DNA of 53,592 bases from a virus (lineage: Duplodnaviria; Caudoviricetes), in the IMG/VR virus record IMGVR_UViG_3300043420_001594, positions 1-53,592 of that record, one strand, 5' to 3'. Position numbers and translations under genes: made by a program. Positions 8,951-18,422 of the stretch are shown here, one piece after another (the first letter of the stretch is position 1; each line of letters starts with the position of its first letter). The notes beneath the pieces are model-generated. The model made no database searches, was not told the DNA's origin, and saw only the letters and a list, made by a program, of their open reading frames with translations.

Positions 8951-9381
8951 AGTTCCTCCAGTCTGATGTCGATGCCTTCCCGCGCGTGGTCGGGTCCGTG
9001 ATACTTGTTTACCAGCACCGACACGAAACAACTGTCATCAATACCCGCCGTCTTCGAAATCAGGTCTTCGACGACCTTTACCAGGTTTGACGCGTCCCTC
9101 CTGCGGTACCGGTTCGGCGTACTCTTCGGAAAACCGCTGTTGTAGAGCGCGGGAAGAAACAGATCGAGAACGAGCCGGTGCGGTCGGTTCTGGTCCGGAG
9201 TCTGAAAGCTGAGCGGCAACTGCCGCAAGAGCTCGACTGATGCCTGCGCTAAGAATACTTTCATTTCCTTGGACTGGACCAGGCCGTTCCTGGTCTTGGT
9301 GTACATCTTGTTGGCGCTCGGGGGCAGGATCGTCAGGTTTGCCTGATACACCGTCCTCGTACCGCACTGTTCGTACTTCAC
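8944..9381 (-). CDS. rusA: RusA-like Holliday junction resolvase
   Basis: PPSANKMY N-terminal motif and RDASNLVKVVED...GIDDS pattern typical of the RusA family. AAGGAG RBS before GTG 9381. Confidence 0.75.
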   Translation of the reverse strand: MKYEQCGTRTVYQANLTILPPSANKMYTKTRNGLVQSKEMKVFLAQASVELLRQLPLSFQTPDQNRPHRLVLDLFLPALYNSGFPKSTPNRYRRRDASNLVKVVEDLISKTAGIDDSCFVSVLVNKYHGPDHAREGIDIRLEELC

Positions 9382-9919
9382 TGCTCTTCTCCTTCTTGCC
9401 ACGAAACGGTGCCGGCATGGGTGCGCGGTTAGGGTGGTGGCCGAGCGGCTGTGGTCGCTGGTTTGCCTGCTGGTCTCGGTAGATCAGCTCCCGGTACAGG
9501 CGCTCAAGTGACTTAGAGATCTTGCGTCTCCGCTCCTCCAGTTGTGCGTGACTCTGTTTGAAAAACAGGTAGTCCCGCATGGCCGAGAGGTATCGGGGGT
9601 CCGTCTCGATCGCGGCTGATCTGGACGCCTCGTTGGTCAGGCTCTTGTCCTGCAGGACCTCCATCTTGACGGTGGCGTACTGTAGGTCTACCCGTGCCTT
9701 GATGGCGCCCTCGAACGTCAACACGTTCGTGATCTCGTCGCTCAGGTAGTTGTAGAAGGACTGGAAGTCGTCCAGCAGGTCCACCGTCTGGTCCGTCGTC
9801 AATTCCCTGAGCCTTCTCGGCATCTCAGGCTCCGCGAACGGTGGGCCGTCTGGAGACCGATATCCCGTCCTCTCCAACTCCTGCTCCAACGAGCTCCTCA
9901 GTTCCATGAACACATCCAT
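9038..9919 (-). CDS. Helical protein, possibly UvsY-like recombination mediator; 3' end uncertain
   Basis: GGAGG RBS before ATG 9919 (MDVFMEL); helical, with IETDPRY. The frame runs about 340 nt into the rusA-like gene. Confidence 0.5.
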   Translation of the reverse strand: MDVFMELRSSLEQELERTGYRSPDGPPFAEPEMPRRLRELTTDQTVDLLDDFQSFYNYLSDEITNVLTFEGAIKARVDLQYATVKMEVLQDKSLTNEASRSAAIETDPRYLSAMRDYLFFKQSHAQLEERRRKISKSLERLYRELIYRDQQANQRPQPLGHHPNRAPMPAPFRGKKEKSSEVRTVRYEDGVSGKPDDPAPERQQDVHQDQERPGPVQGNESILSAGISRALAAVAAQLSDSGPEPTAPARSRSVSSRALQQRFSEEYAEPVPQEGRVKPGKGRRRPDFEDGGY

Positions 9920-10707
9920 CACACCTCCGTGGCAAAGCAGTGCTCCTGGAACTTGCACTGACGGCAGATGTACGGGACGTTGATGCGTGCAGGTGGTTCC
10001 TGGCGCTCCACATGTCCCTCCACCTCCCCGAGCAACGTGACGATCGCGTCCCACGTCTCTGACGAGAAGGGGACCTGGTACATCCGCTTACTTCCGTTGT
10101 TCCGGTTCACGTACAGCAACTGCGCCCGCGGCACGTCCATCGCGAACATGTAGAGGTGAAGTTGCCACACGTGCTCGGTCTTGGGCTTGCTGAGCGACAG
10201 GAAGCTGGACTCTCCGATCGACTTGATCTCCAGAACCCAGTCCTCATTACGGAACAGCCCGTCCGTGCTGCCCGCCACATGCAGTTCCTCGATCCGGATC
10301 TTGCACTCATCCACAAATCCTTCGTGGCGACTGAGGCGCTTCTGTAGGATGTGGTGGGTGCCGTGCCCCTCGTCAAAGATCGCCTGAGTGGCCGCACCAT
10401 GCTGTGGCTTGGGCGTCACGCTGGTACGGTCGTAGTAGAGGGCCCGCTTGCAAGTCGACGGAGACACCGAGGACGGATGGTACACCCCAACTTCGCGCGC
10501 CCACTCCGACCTCATCTCTTGCTGGATCAGATCATCCAGCAGCTCCACCACACTGAAGTCCTGACTATGTTGGGGCACCTCCCCTGACAAACACCGTCTC
10601 CCCTGCTCCACCATCTCGGGTGGAGGAGGAAGTTTGGGTTTCATGGCCTTCAATGCGGCACGGTGGCGAATCGCCAGATTGGCGAACCTCTCCTTAGAGT
10701 CCATCAC
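9919..10707 (-). CDS. Cas4-like PD-(D/E)xK exonuclease
   Basis: HPSS...C, G..H, GSTDG...LEIKS, QLHLYM and C-terminal CRQCKFQEHC (four-Cys Fe-S pattern). Confidence 0.85.
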   Translation of the reverse strand: MMDSKERFANLAIRHRAALKAMKPKLPPPPEMVEQGRRCLSGEVPQHSQDFSVVELLDDLIQQEMRSEWAREVGVYHPSSVSPSTCKRALYYDRTSVTPKPQHGAATQAIFDEGHGTHHILQKRLSRHEGFVDECKIRIEELHVAGSTDGLFRNEDWVLEIKSIGESSFLSLSKPKTEHVWQLHLYMFAMDVPRAQLLYVNRNNGSKRMYQVPFSSETWDAIVTLLGEVEGHVERQEPPARINVPYICRQCKFQEHCFATEV

Positions 10708-11450
10708 GACAACCCCCTCTTGACCAGCGACAGAAACGCCAGGTACCCGAGCACCACGTACCGGCTCTTTCCAAAAGAGACCAACAGGCAGTGCCCCCGT
10801 ACCGAACGGTCGGCAAACTTCTCGTCCAGCACCAGCCTGCCCTTCAGGGTGGCGTCCACTCTTGTGAGTCGTAGATTTAGAAAGAACCCCTTTGGGAAGT
10901 GCTCGTGCGGCACAACCGCTACCTCTTCCTTCCCGGTCAGATGGACCAGTAGGGCCGGATACCGATCCCGTGCACTCGCCTTTCCGGCGATGTCTTCCAA
11001 CATCTGTTGTGTGATCGCGACCGACGTGTCAGCCCGGACTGACTCCGAGAAGAACGGCGGCGTCACGACCGCATCGAAGTATCCCCAGTTAGGATCCGGG
11101 TCTGCCCGCCTCCTGTCTGAGTCGTTCCGCTGATTCAACACGTCCTGACCCCGTATCGATGCCAGCACCATCCGTATCAGCAGGCAATACTCTCGGTCCG
11201 CAAAGATTTCCTCCGGCATGACGGTCCAGCAGGCGTCACCCAGCATGCGCCTGACGGCGGACAAGTGCTGCTCATGCACGTGGGTCAGTACCGCCAACCC
11301 ACTCACGCGATGCGTGATGTTGTAGTGGTCGTGCGGCGCCGGGGAATCCGGCGTTTTGTGGATGACGAGCCCTGGGAGAAAGGGCGTCGCCTCCACTACA
11401 CGTGCGTCCATGGCGGGTCCCACCACGATCTCCACATTAGCCATGGCCAC
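10704..11450 (-). CDS. Two-domain protein whose C-terminal half resembles a degenerate copy of the 7000..7452 resolvase
   Basis: PALLVHLTGKEEVAVVP vs PAYVVEFQGHGELAVVP, and YVVLGYLAFLSLVK vs YAVIPYDWFLELVR. Confidence 0.55.
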   Translation of the reverse strand: MAMANVEIVVGPAMDARVVEATPFLPGLVIHKTPDSPAPHDHYNITHRVSGLAVLTHVHEQHLSAVRRMLGDACWTVMPEEIFADREYCLLIRMVLASIRGQDVLNQRNDSDRRRADPDPNWGYFDAVVTPPFFSESVRADTSVAITQQMLEDIAGKASARDRYPALLVHLTGKEEVAVVPHEHFPKGFFLNLRLTRVDATLKGRLVLDEKFADRSVRGHCLLVSFGKSRYVVLGYLAFLSLVKRGLS

Positions 11451-12594
11451 CTGCCAGTTTGGCCTGCACGGCCGTCTTCAACTCCTCCAACGCCGCGGGG
11501 GTGCTGTTGAGTACCTCTCTCACACCCTCAAGGCCTCCCGGAATCTTGTCGGTGTAATCGAGCAGGTAGTAGTGCGGACCCGCACGGCGGATCAGGTTCA
11601 TCTCCTTGGCCACGTTGACGAGACCGGACAGCAGGTCGATACCCTTGCCGGGGACGAAGCGGTACGTACCCTCCGCCCCCTCGGCGATCCCGAGCTTGCC
11701 CTTGCCGATCTTCCAGTTGATGTCCTTGAACAGGATGTCTCCATCCCTGTTCTTGGTCACTTTGCCGGGCCGAATGATCAGGTCGATGGCCTTGGCGTGC
11801 TTGAGGGCGTAGCCGGACGGCTGGCTCCACGGATTGAACCTGGCGGAGTAGGCGTCGAGGTTGGCGCGGACCGGAAGAATCAGGAACAGGGTGGTCTCAT
11901 TGAGCTCATCGCCCGGGGTCCGCATGGCCGTGTAGAACTTCTGGCAGAACGTGGTCATGAGGCTGGCCCACGTGGCCAAGCGGGCGTCCTCGTTCAAGTC
12001 CTTCTTGACCGAGTCCTTGGTCTCACCGGAACCCAGTTCGTTGATGATGCCGACCTGGAACTTGTTGGAGCGCACCAACCTGAGGACCGCCGTCAACAAC
12101 ACCTCGGCCGGGTTCTCCAGTGCATCCATATTGCCGAGGTTGATGAAGAGGGTGTTGCCGACCTCCTCGCCCCATTGTTCCGGAGTCGCGGTATCGGGGT
12201 CGATACCCTCCTGAAGCAGCTCATCCCTGGTCTTCCGGATCTTCACGCCCGCCATCCGCATGAACGGGAGGTCCGGCAGGTAGCCAAACGACATCCAGAA
12301 GGCGTTGGCCTTTTGGCCATGTATCCGCTGATTCTCCGCGATGATGTGGTTGGTGATCAGGTCCTTGCCGGCGCCATCGGGACCGAACACTTGGTTGATC
12401 GTGCCGGCGGGGAAACCGCCGTTCAGCGCCCGGTCCAGGTCCATCACACCGGTTGGTCGGCGGATCAGGTACGGCGTCTTCACTTCACTGAGCGGCTTGA
12501 TGCTGGCCGCGTCACCCAGGTCCTTCTGGATCGATCCGATCAGGTCACTCAGATCGTCCCGCTGGTCCGCAGGTTCCTTCTTCGCTTTAGCCAT
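11437..12594 (-). CDS. recA: RecA/UvsX-like recombinase
   Basis: PTGVMDLDRALNGGFPAG...QVFGPDGAGKD; QPSGYALKH matches the RecA GGxALKF motif. Confidence 0.85.
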   Translation of the reverse strand: MAKAKKEPADQRDDLSDLIGSIQKDLGDAASIKPLSEVKTPYLIRRPTGVMDLDRALNGGFPAGTINQVFGPDGAGKDLITNHIIAENQRIHGQKANAFWMSFGYLPDLPFMRMAGVKIRKTRDELLQEGIDPDTATPEQWGEEVGNTLFINLGNMDALENPAEVLLTAVLRLVRSNKFQVGIINELGSGETKDSVKKDLNEDARLATWASLMTTFCQKFYTAMRTPGDELNETTLFLILPVRANLDAYSARFNPWSQPSGYALKHAKAIDLIIRPGKVTKNRDGDILFKDINWKIGKGKLGIAEGAEGTYRFVPGKGIDLLSGLVNVAKEMNLIRRAGPHYYLLDYTDKIPGGLEGVREVLNSTPAALEELKTAVQAKLAGGHG

Positions 12595-12790
12595 TGTCCT
12601 TCTCCTTGTTGGTGGCGCGCCCCAATGCTGCGATTTGGGCGCGGCTGACGTTCAGGTCAAGGTGAGGTTCTTCGATGCGGGCGGGTCCCCTACCAGAAGC
12701 GACCTTTTCCAAGGCCTCCTCTTCGGTCGCGCACTCCCCGCTCTCCAGCAACTTCTTGACCGCCGCGTAATCGATTCCGTACTTCTCCAT
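12587..12790 (-). CDS. Small hypothetical protein
   Basis: GAGGT RBS before ATG 12790 (MEKYGID); fills the gap between the polymerase and recA-like genes. Confidence 0.6.
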   Translation of the reverse strand: MEKYGIDYAAVKKLLESGECATEEEALEKVASGRGPARIEEPHLDLNVSRAQIAALGRATNKEKDNG

Positions 12791-12798
12791 ACAGCACC

Positions 12799-14736
12799 TC
12801 ACTTGCACTCGTACCAGTTGGACCCGGTCTTACCGGCCGTATCCAACGGCACCCGTAAATCGAACGAGTTGAAGGGGTGGCCCATGTGCTTCCCAATCCG
12901 CTCGTTCAGCTCCCTGTCGTTTACGACCGCATCCGGCATCTCAAACACAATCTCGTCATGCACCTGGATCAACATCCGAGTGCCTGACGCCGTGATGAGC
13001 GGGTCCTCATAGATCTTGATCATCGCCATCTTCACGATCTCGGATGCCGTGCCCTGGATGGGCGTGTTCTTGACCTTTCTCTCCGCCTCTGACTGCTCTG
13101 ACCGGAGGCTGGAGTTGAGGCCTGGAACACCGCGGCGACGCTTCAGGATGGTCTCGCAGTAACCCGCGTCCCTCGCGTTCTTGATCGCGTTGTCAAAGTA
13201 CTTGGTGACGGCGGGAAAGGTCTTGAAGTACTTCTCGATCAACTCCTGCGCCTTCTCCTTGTCCACGCCGATCGTCATGGCCAGCTTGTTGGCGCCCTGC
13301 CCGTACATGAGGCCGAAGTTGATGGTCTTGGCGATCTTTCTGTATCCGATCAGCTCCTTCTCACGCGGGCTGATCACCTCGTCGGTCTCCTGCTTGTTCT
13401 TCTTGGCTTCGCCGATCCGGTCATCCTTGGCACGAGCCTCCTGAATCGCCTCATACGACGTACCAAACATCGTGGCGGCGGTGCTGGAGTGGACGTCCAG
13501 ACCCGTCATGATGGCGTTGCAGAGCGTCGGGTCACCGGACATGTGCGCCAGGATTCGCATCTCCAGCTGCTCATAGTCACGAGCCATCAGCTTGTAGCCG
13601 GGGCTAGCGATATAGGCGGACCGGATGTACCCGGGCTGGTTCTGCAGGTTTGGATCGGATGACGACAGGCGGCCAGTACGAGCGCCCGTCTGGTTGAACG
13701 TACAGTGGATGCGCCCATCTCCATGAACCTGTCGCAGGAGGTTTACCGTGTAGGTCGAGAACTTCTTGTCCAGATCCCGATACTTCAGCAGGTTGTTGGC
13801 GAAGGCGCAGCCCTTACCGGCCCACGCCTTGAGCGCCGTCTTGTTGAGCTGTGGCGCCCCCGATTCCGTGTAGGAGATCGGTTCGTACCCCAGCTTCCTG
13901 AAGAACAGGTTCGCCATTTGGTCGTTGCTGTTGAGGTTGATGTACAGCTGCTGAAGCTGGCGACCAAACCACTTCTGGATACCCAGGATCTCTGCCTCCA
14001 ACGCCGGGCCCTGCCGCTCCAGTTCCGTGCAGTCGAGCCTGATGCCCTCCCGTTCCATCGACCACAACACCTTAGTGAACGGAACCTCCGTCTTCACGAA
14101 GTAGTCCCATAGTGTGGGGTAGTCCTTGCTGTCCGTATTAGCGCGTAATAGCTGGGTACGCAGTTCCTTGAACAGGTTGAAGGTGGCGAACGCGTCAAGA
14201 CCAGCGTAGTTCACGACCTTGTCCTCGTTGGCGGGGTCCAGCAGGACTTCCTCAAGGGATCGCTTACGCAGGTCCGAACCAAACACTTTCTGGAACGGCA
14301 CCATCTCGATACCGAGGTACCGCTTGGTCAAGTCCTTGAGACCGTGCGATGCGTCGGAGTCGATGAGCGCGTGCATCACCATGGTGTCGTAGACACGGTA
14401 GTGGTTGCGGAGCAGGTGGCGGTTCAGGTCGATGCCGACGTTTAACAGCATCCACTGGTCAAAGTTGGCGTTGTGCCCGATCAGCTTGAGTTCCGGGTTC
14501 TCCAACAGGTCCTTGAAGTAGGGCAGGGCCTCCGGAAACACGACGTAACGATCGTTGCCCGAAGACATGGACAGGATGATGGCTCGGTCTGACGTTCTGG
14601 AGAGACCGGTGGTCTCAGTGTCGAACGCCAGGATCTTCTTGGTCGAAAGGATTGCGATCGCCTTATCGGCGTCCTGCGGTGTGCGTACCCGCATGGTATC
14701 GGGCAATAGCGTGAACATCGACATAAGAAACACCAT
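12799..14736 (-). CDS. polA: Family A DNA polymerase with 3'-5' exonuclease
   Basis: Exonuclease motifs FDTETTG, HNANFD, YAGLDA; TGRLSSSDPNLQN; motif A DYEQLEMR; motif B RKIAKTINFGLMYG; motif C QVHDEIV. No 5'-3' exonuclease domain. Confidence 0.95.
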   Translation of the reverse strand: MVFLMSMFTLLPDTMRVRTPQDADKAIAILSTKKILAFDTETTGLSRTSDRAIILSMSSGNDRYVVFPEALPYFKDLLENPELKLIGHNANFDQWMLLNVGIDLNRHLLRNHYRVYDTMVMHALIDSDASHGLKDLTKRYLGIEMVPFQKVFGSDLRKRSLEEVLLDPANEDKVVNYAGLDAFATFNLFKELRTQLLRANTDSKDYPTLWDYFVKTEVPFTKVLWSMEREGIRLDCTELERQGPALEAEILGIQKWFGRQLQQLYINLNSNDQMANLFFRKLGYEPISYTESGAPQLNKTALKAWAGKGCAFANNLLKYRDLDKKFSTYTVNLLRQVHGDGRIHCTFNQTGARTGRLSSSDPNLQNQPGYIRSAYIASPGYKLMARDYEQLEMRILAHMSGDPTLCNAIMTGLDVHSSTAATMFGTSYEAIQEARAKDDRIGEAKKNKQETDEVISPREKELIGYRKIAKTINFGLMYGQGANKLAMTIGVDKEKAQELIEKYFKTFPAVTKYFDNAIKNARDAGYCETILKRRRGVPGLNSSLRSEQSEAERKVKNTPIQGTASEIVKMAMIKIYEDPLITASGTRMLIQVHDEIVFEMPDAVVNDRELNERIGKHMGHPFNSFDLRVPLDTAGKTGSNWYECK

Positions 14737-14753
14737 AAGGATGAGGGTCAGCA

Positions 14754-14780
14754 GCGGGGGCCCCCACGTGGGACCCCCGC
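14754..14780. terminator. GC-rich hairpin between the SSB-like and polymerase genes
   Basis: GCGGGGG-CCCCCACGTGGGA-CCCCCGC in a 60-nt intergenic gap. No U-tract, so it may act in processing or attenuation. Confidence 0.45.
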
Positions 14781-14796
14781 CACCAACCAGCCGCTG

Positions 14797-15987
14797 CTAC
14801 TTCTCCCAGGGCACTGAGTCGACGTCACCTTGGTCCGGGTCCGCCACATGGGTGCCATCGCGCTCGATGAAGTACTGATCCACCATCTGCTGGACCGACT
14901 TCTCGTCACCCCACTCACGAGGAACCGGGCGGTTCATCGCCCTGGCCTGATCCTCAATGGTCATGCGGTCGAAGAAGATGAAGTTGAAGGGCTGGGTATT
15001 CTCCTTGTCCAACTGAGGATAGCTCTGCTGGGGTGTGAAGCCGGTGATGACGACGCGACTCGCCTTACCGACCGTCTCCTCCACGATCGTGAGATCGTAG
15101 TCCCACGGGCTCTCCACGGCCGCGGGGCGCACGGGCTTCCCACAGCCCTCCGAGAAGGTGGCCTCATCGCCCTCGCCATGGCGGACCACACACTCGATCA
15201 TGTGTCCAGCCCGCCCGGACTTCCCGCAGTGGTGGCACTCCACCTCCTCGTTCTGGAGGCTGTACTCGATCTCCGGGTCAATCATCCGGTCATAGTGGTT
15301 GGCCAGCTGGCCGCCACACGACTGGCAGCTGTAGCCATACACGCTGACCATGCCCTTGTTGCAGGAGACACACCGGTTAGGCAGGTCGGCCAGCTGCTGC
15401 TCGAACGCCTTTCGGGCCGACGGCCACAGTGACCAGTGCAGACGCCGGCCGAACGTCTTCTTGACACCCTGGTTGCAGAGCTCACAGACAGACTGACCGA
15501 ACCGGTTCTTGCCCGCGCAACGGACGTACTCGTAGTACGGGTTACCGGCCCTGGTCTTGCCCTTCTCGACTTCGTGGTAGTCCTCCAACACCACCACCGT
15601 GACGGCGTTGCTCTCGCCGGCCATCAACTCAGTCTTCTGATTCTCGATGGCGTAGTAGTACAGGAGGTCCGGGACCTCCCGTTGGCCGTTGTGCGAGTTA
15701 CCGATGACGTTACGACTGACCAACCTGCCGGACTTGGCGTCGTTGATCTTGATCCACTTACTGTAGTAGGTGAACCACAGTTGCTCGGGGTTCTGCGGGA
15801 TCAGGCGGATCCGGGTCGGGGTCTTGCCGGGGCTGAAATACTTCATGCGCATGGCCCAGTCGGGTGCGCGCCCCCCGCCACTGCCACCTCCCATCCCGCC
15901 GGGCTTGGGACGGCTCTTCATCAGGGCGTCGCGCTGGGCGGATGCTCGCTTGTAGAACTCTCGGAAGGACTCGTTGCTGCTTGCCAT
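14797..15987 (-). CDS. Putative single-stranded DNA-binding protein (gp32-like) with multiple CxxC motifs
   Basis: TRIRLIP motif, aromatic-rich core, acidic tail DVDSVPWEK, position between primase and polymerase; CELC, CVSC, CQSC, CHHC. Confidence 0.6.
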   Translation of the reverse strand: MASSNESFREFYKRASAQRDALMKSRPKPGGMGGGSGGGRAPDWAMRMKYFSPGKTPTRIRLIPQNPEQLWFTYYSKWIKINDAKSGRLVSRNVIGNSHNGQREVPDLLYYYAIENQKTELMAGESNAVTVVVLEDYHEVEKGKTRAGNPYYEYVRCAGKNRFGQSVCELCNQGVKKTFGRRLHWSLWPSARKAFEQQLADLPNRCVSCNKGMVSVYGYSCQSCGGQLANHYDRMIDPEIEYSLQNEEVECHHCGKSGRAGHMIECVVRHGEGDEATFSEGCGKPVRPAAVESPWDYDLTIVEETVGKASRVVITGFTPQQSYPQLDKENTQPFNFIFFDRMTIEDQARAMNRPVPREWGDEKSVQQMVDQYFIERDGTHVADPDQGDVDSVPWEK

Positions 15988-16955
15988 TTTTGGAACCTCA
16001 CAGTTATGGGTGATGCCGCGGTTTCAATCGCGACCTTTACTTGCCCAGGAGACAGATCGTCCGGAGACACGGGAGCACTCGTCCCGTAGTTCCCTACCCT
16101 GACGTCCACACCCCTGAGTTGTCGGGATACAACGCGTGTGGCGTCCCTGCCTGCGTCGTCATTGTCGAGGAACAGCACTAGCCGGTTCGACACCCTTGTC
16201 AGCAGGGTCTGTTGCTCGAGCGATAGGGACTTGCCCAGCAGCGCAACCACATTGGGGTAGCCCGCCTGGGCCACCCACATGGCTGCCTTGAAACCCTCGC
16301 AGATGACCACCGGCTCCACCGAATGGTGGAGACTGGCCTCATAGAACTTGTTGAGACCCCAGACGATCCTGCCCTTGTGCAGCTCATAGTGGGGGTGGAC
16401 CTCTTCAAGCTCCTGCTTGTAGATTTTGTACCGCGGAAAGTCGTCAACAACCGTCCGTCCTGACAGCCCCACCAAGTTGCCCAGGTGGTCCCGTAGCGGG
16501 AAGATGATCCGGCGTCTCGTGCGGTCAAATCCAATCTCATAGCGTTGCAGCACCTCCTCTGAGAAGCCCGCCCTCACCAAGGAGACGGGGCAAAACTCGA
16601 ACATGCCCAGGATTGCCTCTGGCAGAACCGGGACATCGAAGCAGACCCCCTGCTTCTTTTGGGCAGTCGGTCTGACCGACTCCAAATATCGCTGTACGTT
16701 GGCGACCGTGCTGTTGGGCATCCCGAGCTTGCGCAGCAGCGCCGGCAAGGCCCAGCCCTCACCACACACATGGCAGTAGCTGGTCCCGGTCTGACGAAAC
16801 CGGCCAGAGGGGCCAACATACACGTAGAAGGCGGGCGTCTTCTCCAGACCACCTTTGTGGAATGGACAGAACGCCGACAAGTTATCGGACGCGTTCATGA
16901 CGTCCGAAAACCGGATCTTCTCCTTGAGGATCAGCACCACCTCCTCACGTGTCAT
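15921..16955 (-). CDS. dnaG: DnaG-type primase
   Basis: CPFH...CHVC zinc finger, IIFPLRD...GLSGR, TOPRIM CEGF and FLDNDDAG. Confidence 0.9.
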   Translation of the reverse strand: MTREEVVLILKEKIRFSDVMNASDNLSAFCPFHKGGLEKTPAFYVYVGPSGRFRQTGTSYCHVCGEGWALPALLRKLGMPNSTVANVQRYLESVRPTAQKKQGVCFDVPVLPEAILGMFEFCPVSLVRAGFSEEVLQRYEIGFDRTRRRIIFPLRDHLGNLVGLSGRTVVDDFPRYKIYKQELEEVHPHYELHKGRIVWGLNKFYEASLHHSVEPVVICEGFKAAMWVAQAGYPNVVALLGKSLSLEQQTLLTRVSNRLVLFLDNDDAGRDATRVVSRQLRGVDVRVGNYGTSAPVSPDDLSPGQVKVAIETAASPITVRFQKWQAATSPSESSTSEHPPSATP

Positions 16956-18388
16956 TCGTCCTCCACGTCATCGAGATCCTCCGAGACCTCATCACGAGAA
17001 GCGTTCTTCGCCTTCATGTACTTTGCGCGCCATTCGTTGACCGCGCTCTCCAGCTTGGCCGCCTCCTGGCGAGGCGGTAAGACGGGCTTGGCCGCATCCT
17101 CATCAGAGTCGTCACCGACCGCATGCAGGTGCTCGCCCACATAGTCGAAGTTGACGCACGGCACGGCGGCGATCGTGAACCCGCTGGCAGCGGTTTCGCG
17201 ACAAGCAGCATAGTGGATGGACAGCTCGTTGACCCGCTTGTTACGAACCAACCGAAGACCCAGGTCACAGTCCATGACAGCGCCACTGTTCATGGCGATG
17301 CTGGCGGTGCCCCGGCTCTTCGTGTACTTCATGGCGGCACGCTCATTTTCCTGCAGAATCGCGAGCATCGGGATCTTGGTGCTCTTGGCGATCTGTTTGA
17401 GTTGCCGGCTGACCAGCGACAGGACCTTCCAGTCCAGAGCGTTGGACTTGGCGTCCGGCATCTCCAACATGTAGCTGGAGTCCAACATCACGAAGTGGGG
17501 CTTATACAGGTCGATCTTGCGCCGGATATCGTTCGGACCGCCCGGGCTACCGTCCGGCCTGTCCGCGTCCGTGAAGTACAGCTCCCCACCAAAGTCCGGA
17601 CCCGTCGTGCGGTTAACCACCTCCTTGATGGCCTCCTCCATCTCTGGAGAGATCTGCCCCTTGCGGTACAGCCCATAGTCGACCTTGGCGATCAGGCAGT
17701 TGATGCGCGTGCGGATCGCGTCCCACCGCATCTCCTTGCTGTAGACCAAGATACGCTTGCCTGCATTGAACAGGTGAGCCGCCACGATCAACCCGAACCA
17801 CGTCTTCATGGACTTGGGCAGCGCCCACACCATGATGAAGTCGCCGGGCTGGATGCCTCCGGTGTCCACGTTCATGCGTTCCCACGGGAACGGCATGCCC
17901 GTCATGCCGGCCCCCTTGATCACTTTGTTCAGGTCATCGAGGGTCTGCTGCTTGGCGACGTCCCGGTACCGGACGTCATTGCTGCTGCGCGACCTTTCCT
18001 GTAGCTCCCCCATCTTGCCGTACAGGGTCGTGATGGCGCCCGTCACATCTTCAGTGACGGACCCCAAGAACTCCTGCAGGTATTTATCGGCCTCGCGCCT
18101 GGACCAACCGTCCAACACTTTCTGGCACAGGTCCTGGAAGTTCTCGACCGGGCTCACCATCTCCAGGGTCGGCATCGTCTCCTGGATCTCCTGCTCGCTC
18201 GGTACGTGGCCGAAGTTGTGCTGTCGCGTGTAATGCGACTCAACCTTGGCCCACAGGTTGCGCCCGTCCATCGTACCGAACACCTCGAAGCGTAGGCCGC
18301 GCTCCCGGGCCTTCTCGAACATATCGTTTGGCCGACCTTCTGTGCCCTTGATGATCGCGCTCATACACTGAAGTTCCCAACTGGCCAT
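16952..18388 (-). CDS. dnaB: DnaB-like replicative helicase
   Basis: GGIQPGD...ALPKSMKT (Walker A variant), YSKEM, VMLDSSY, SRQLKQIAK...ILQENE; adjacent to the primase. Confidence 0.85.
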   Translation of the reverse strand: MASWELQCMSAIIKGTEGRPNDMFEKARERGLRFEVFGTMDGRNLWAKVESHYTRQHNFGHVPSEQEIQETMPTLEMVSPVENFQDLCQKVLDGWSRREADKYLQEFLGSVTEDVTGAITTLYGKMGELQERSRSSNDVRYRDVAKQQTLDDLNKVIKGAGMTGMPFPWERMNVDTGGIQPGDFIMVWALPKSMKTWFGLIVAAHLFNAGKRILVYSKEMRWDAIRTRINCLIAKVDYGLYRKGQISPEMEEAIKEVVNRTTGPDFGGELYFTDADRPDGSPGGPNDIRRKIDLYKPHFVMLDSSYMLEMPDAKSNALDWKVLSLVSRQLKQIAKSTKIPMLAILQENERAAMKYTKSRGTASIAMNSGAVMDCDLGLRLVRNKRVNELSIHYAACRETAASGFTIAAVPCVNFDYVGEHLHAVGDDSDEDAAKPVLPPRQEAAKLESAVNEWRAKYMKAKNASRDEVSEDLDDVEDE

Positions 18389-18422
18389 GCAACACCTCCA
18401 TAATTATTAGCCACTAATACCC

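Noticed and set aside
9919-10707. Cas4-like gene as evidence of a CRISPR-Cas system
   Set aside because: No repeat-spacer array or other cas genes were seen; stand-alone Cas4-like exonucleases are common in phage recombination modules.
7144-12648. Long plus-strand ORFs (7144..8289, 11356..12648)
   Set aside because: They are antisense to well-supported replication genes and have no RBS or recognisable domains.
12799-14736. Intein or intron in the polymerase, helicase, RNAP or terminase
   Set aside because: No intein-like C/S...HN boundaries or LAGLIDADG blocks were seen, and the motif spacing is compact.
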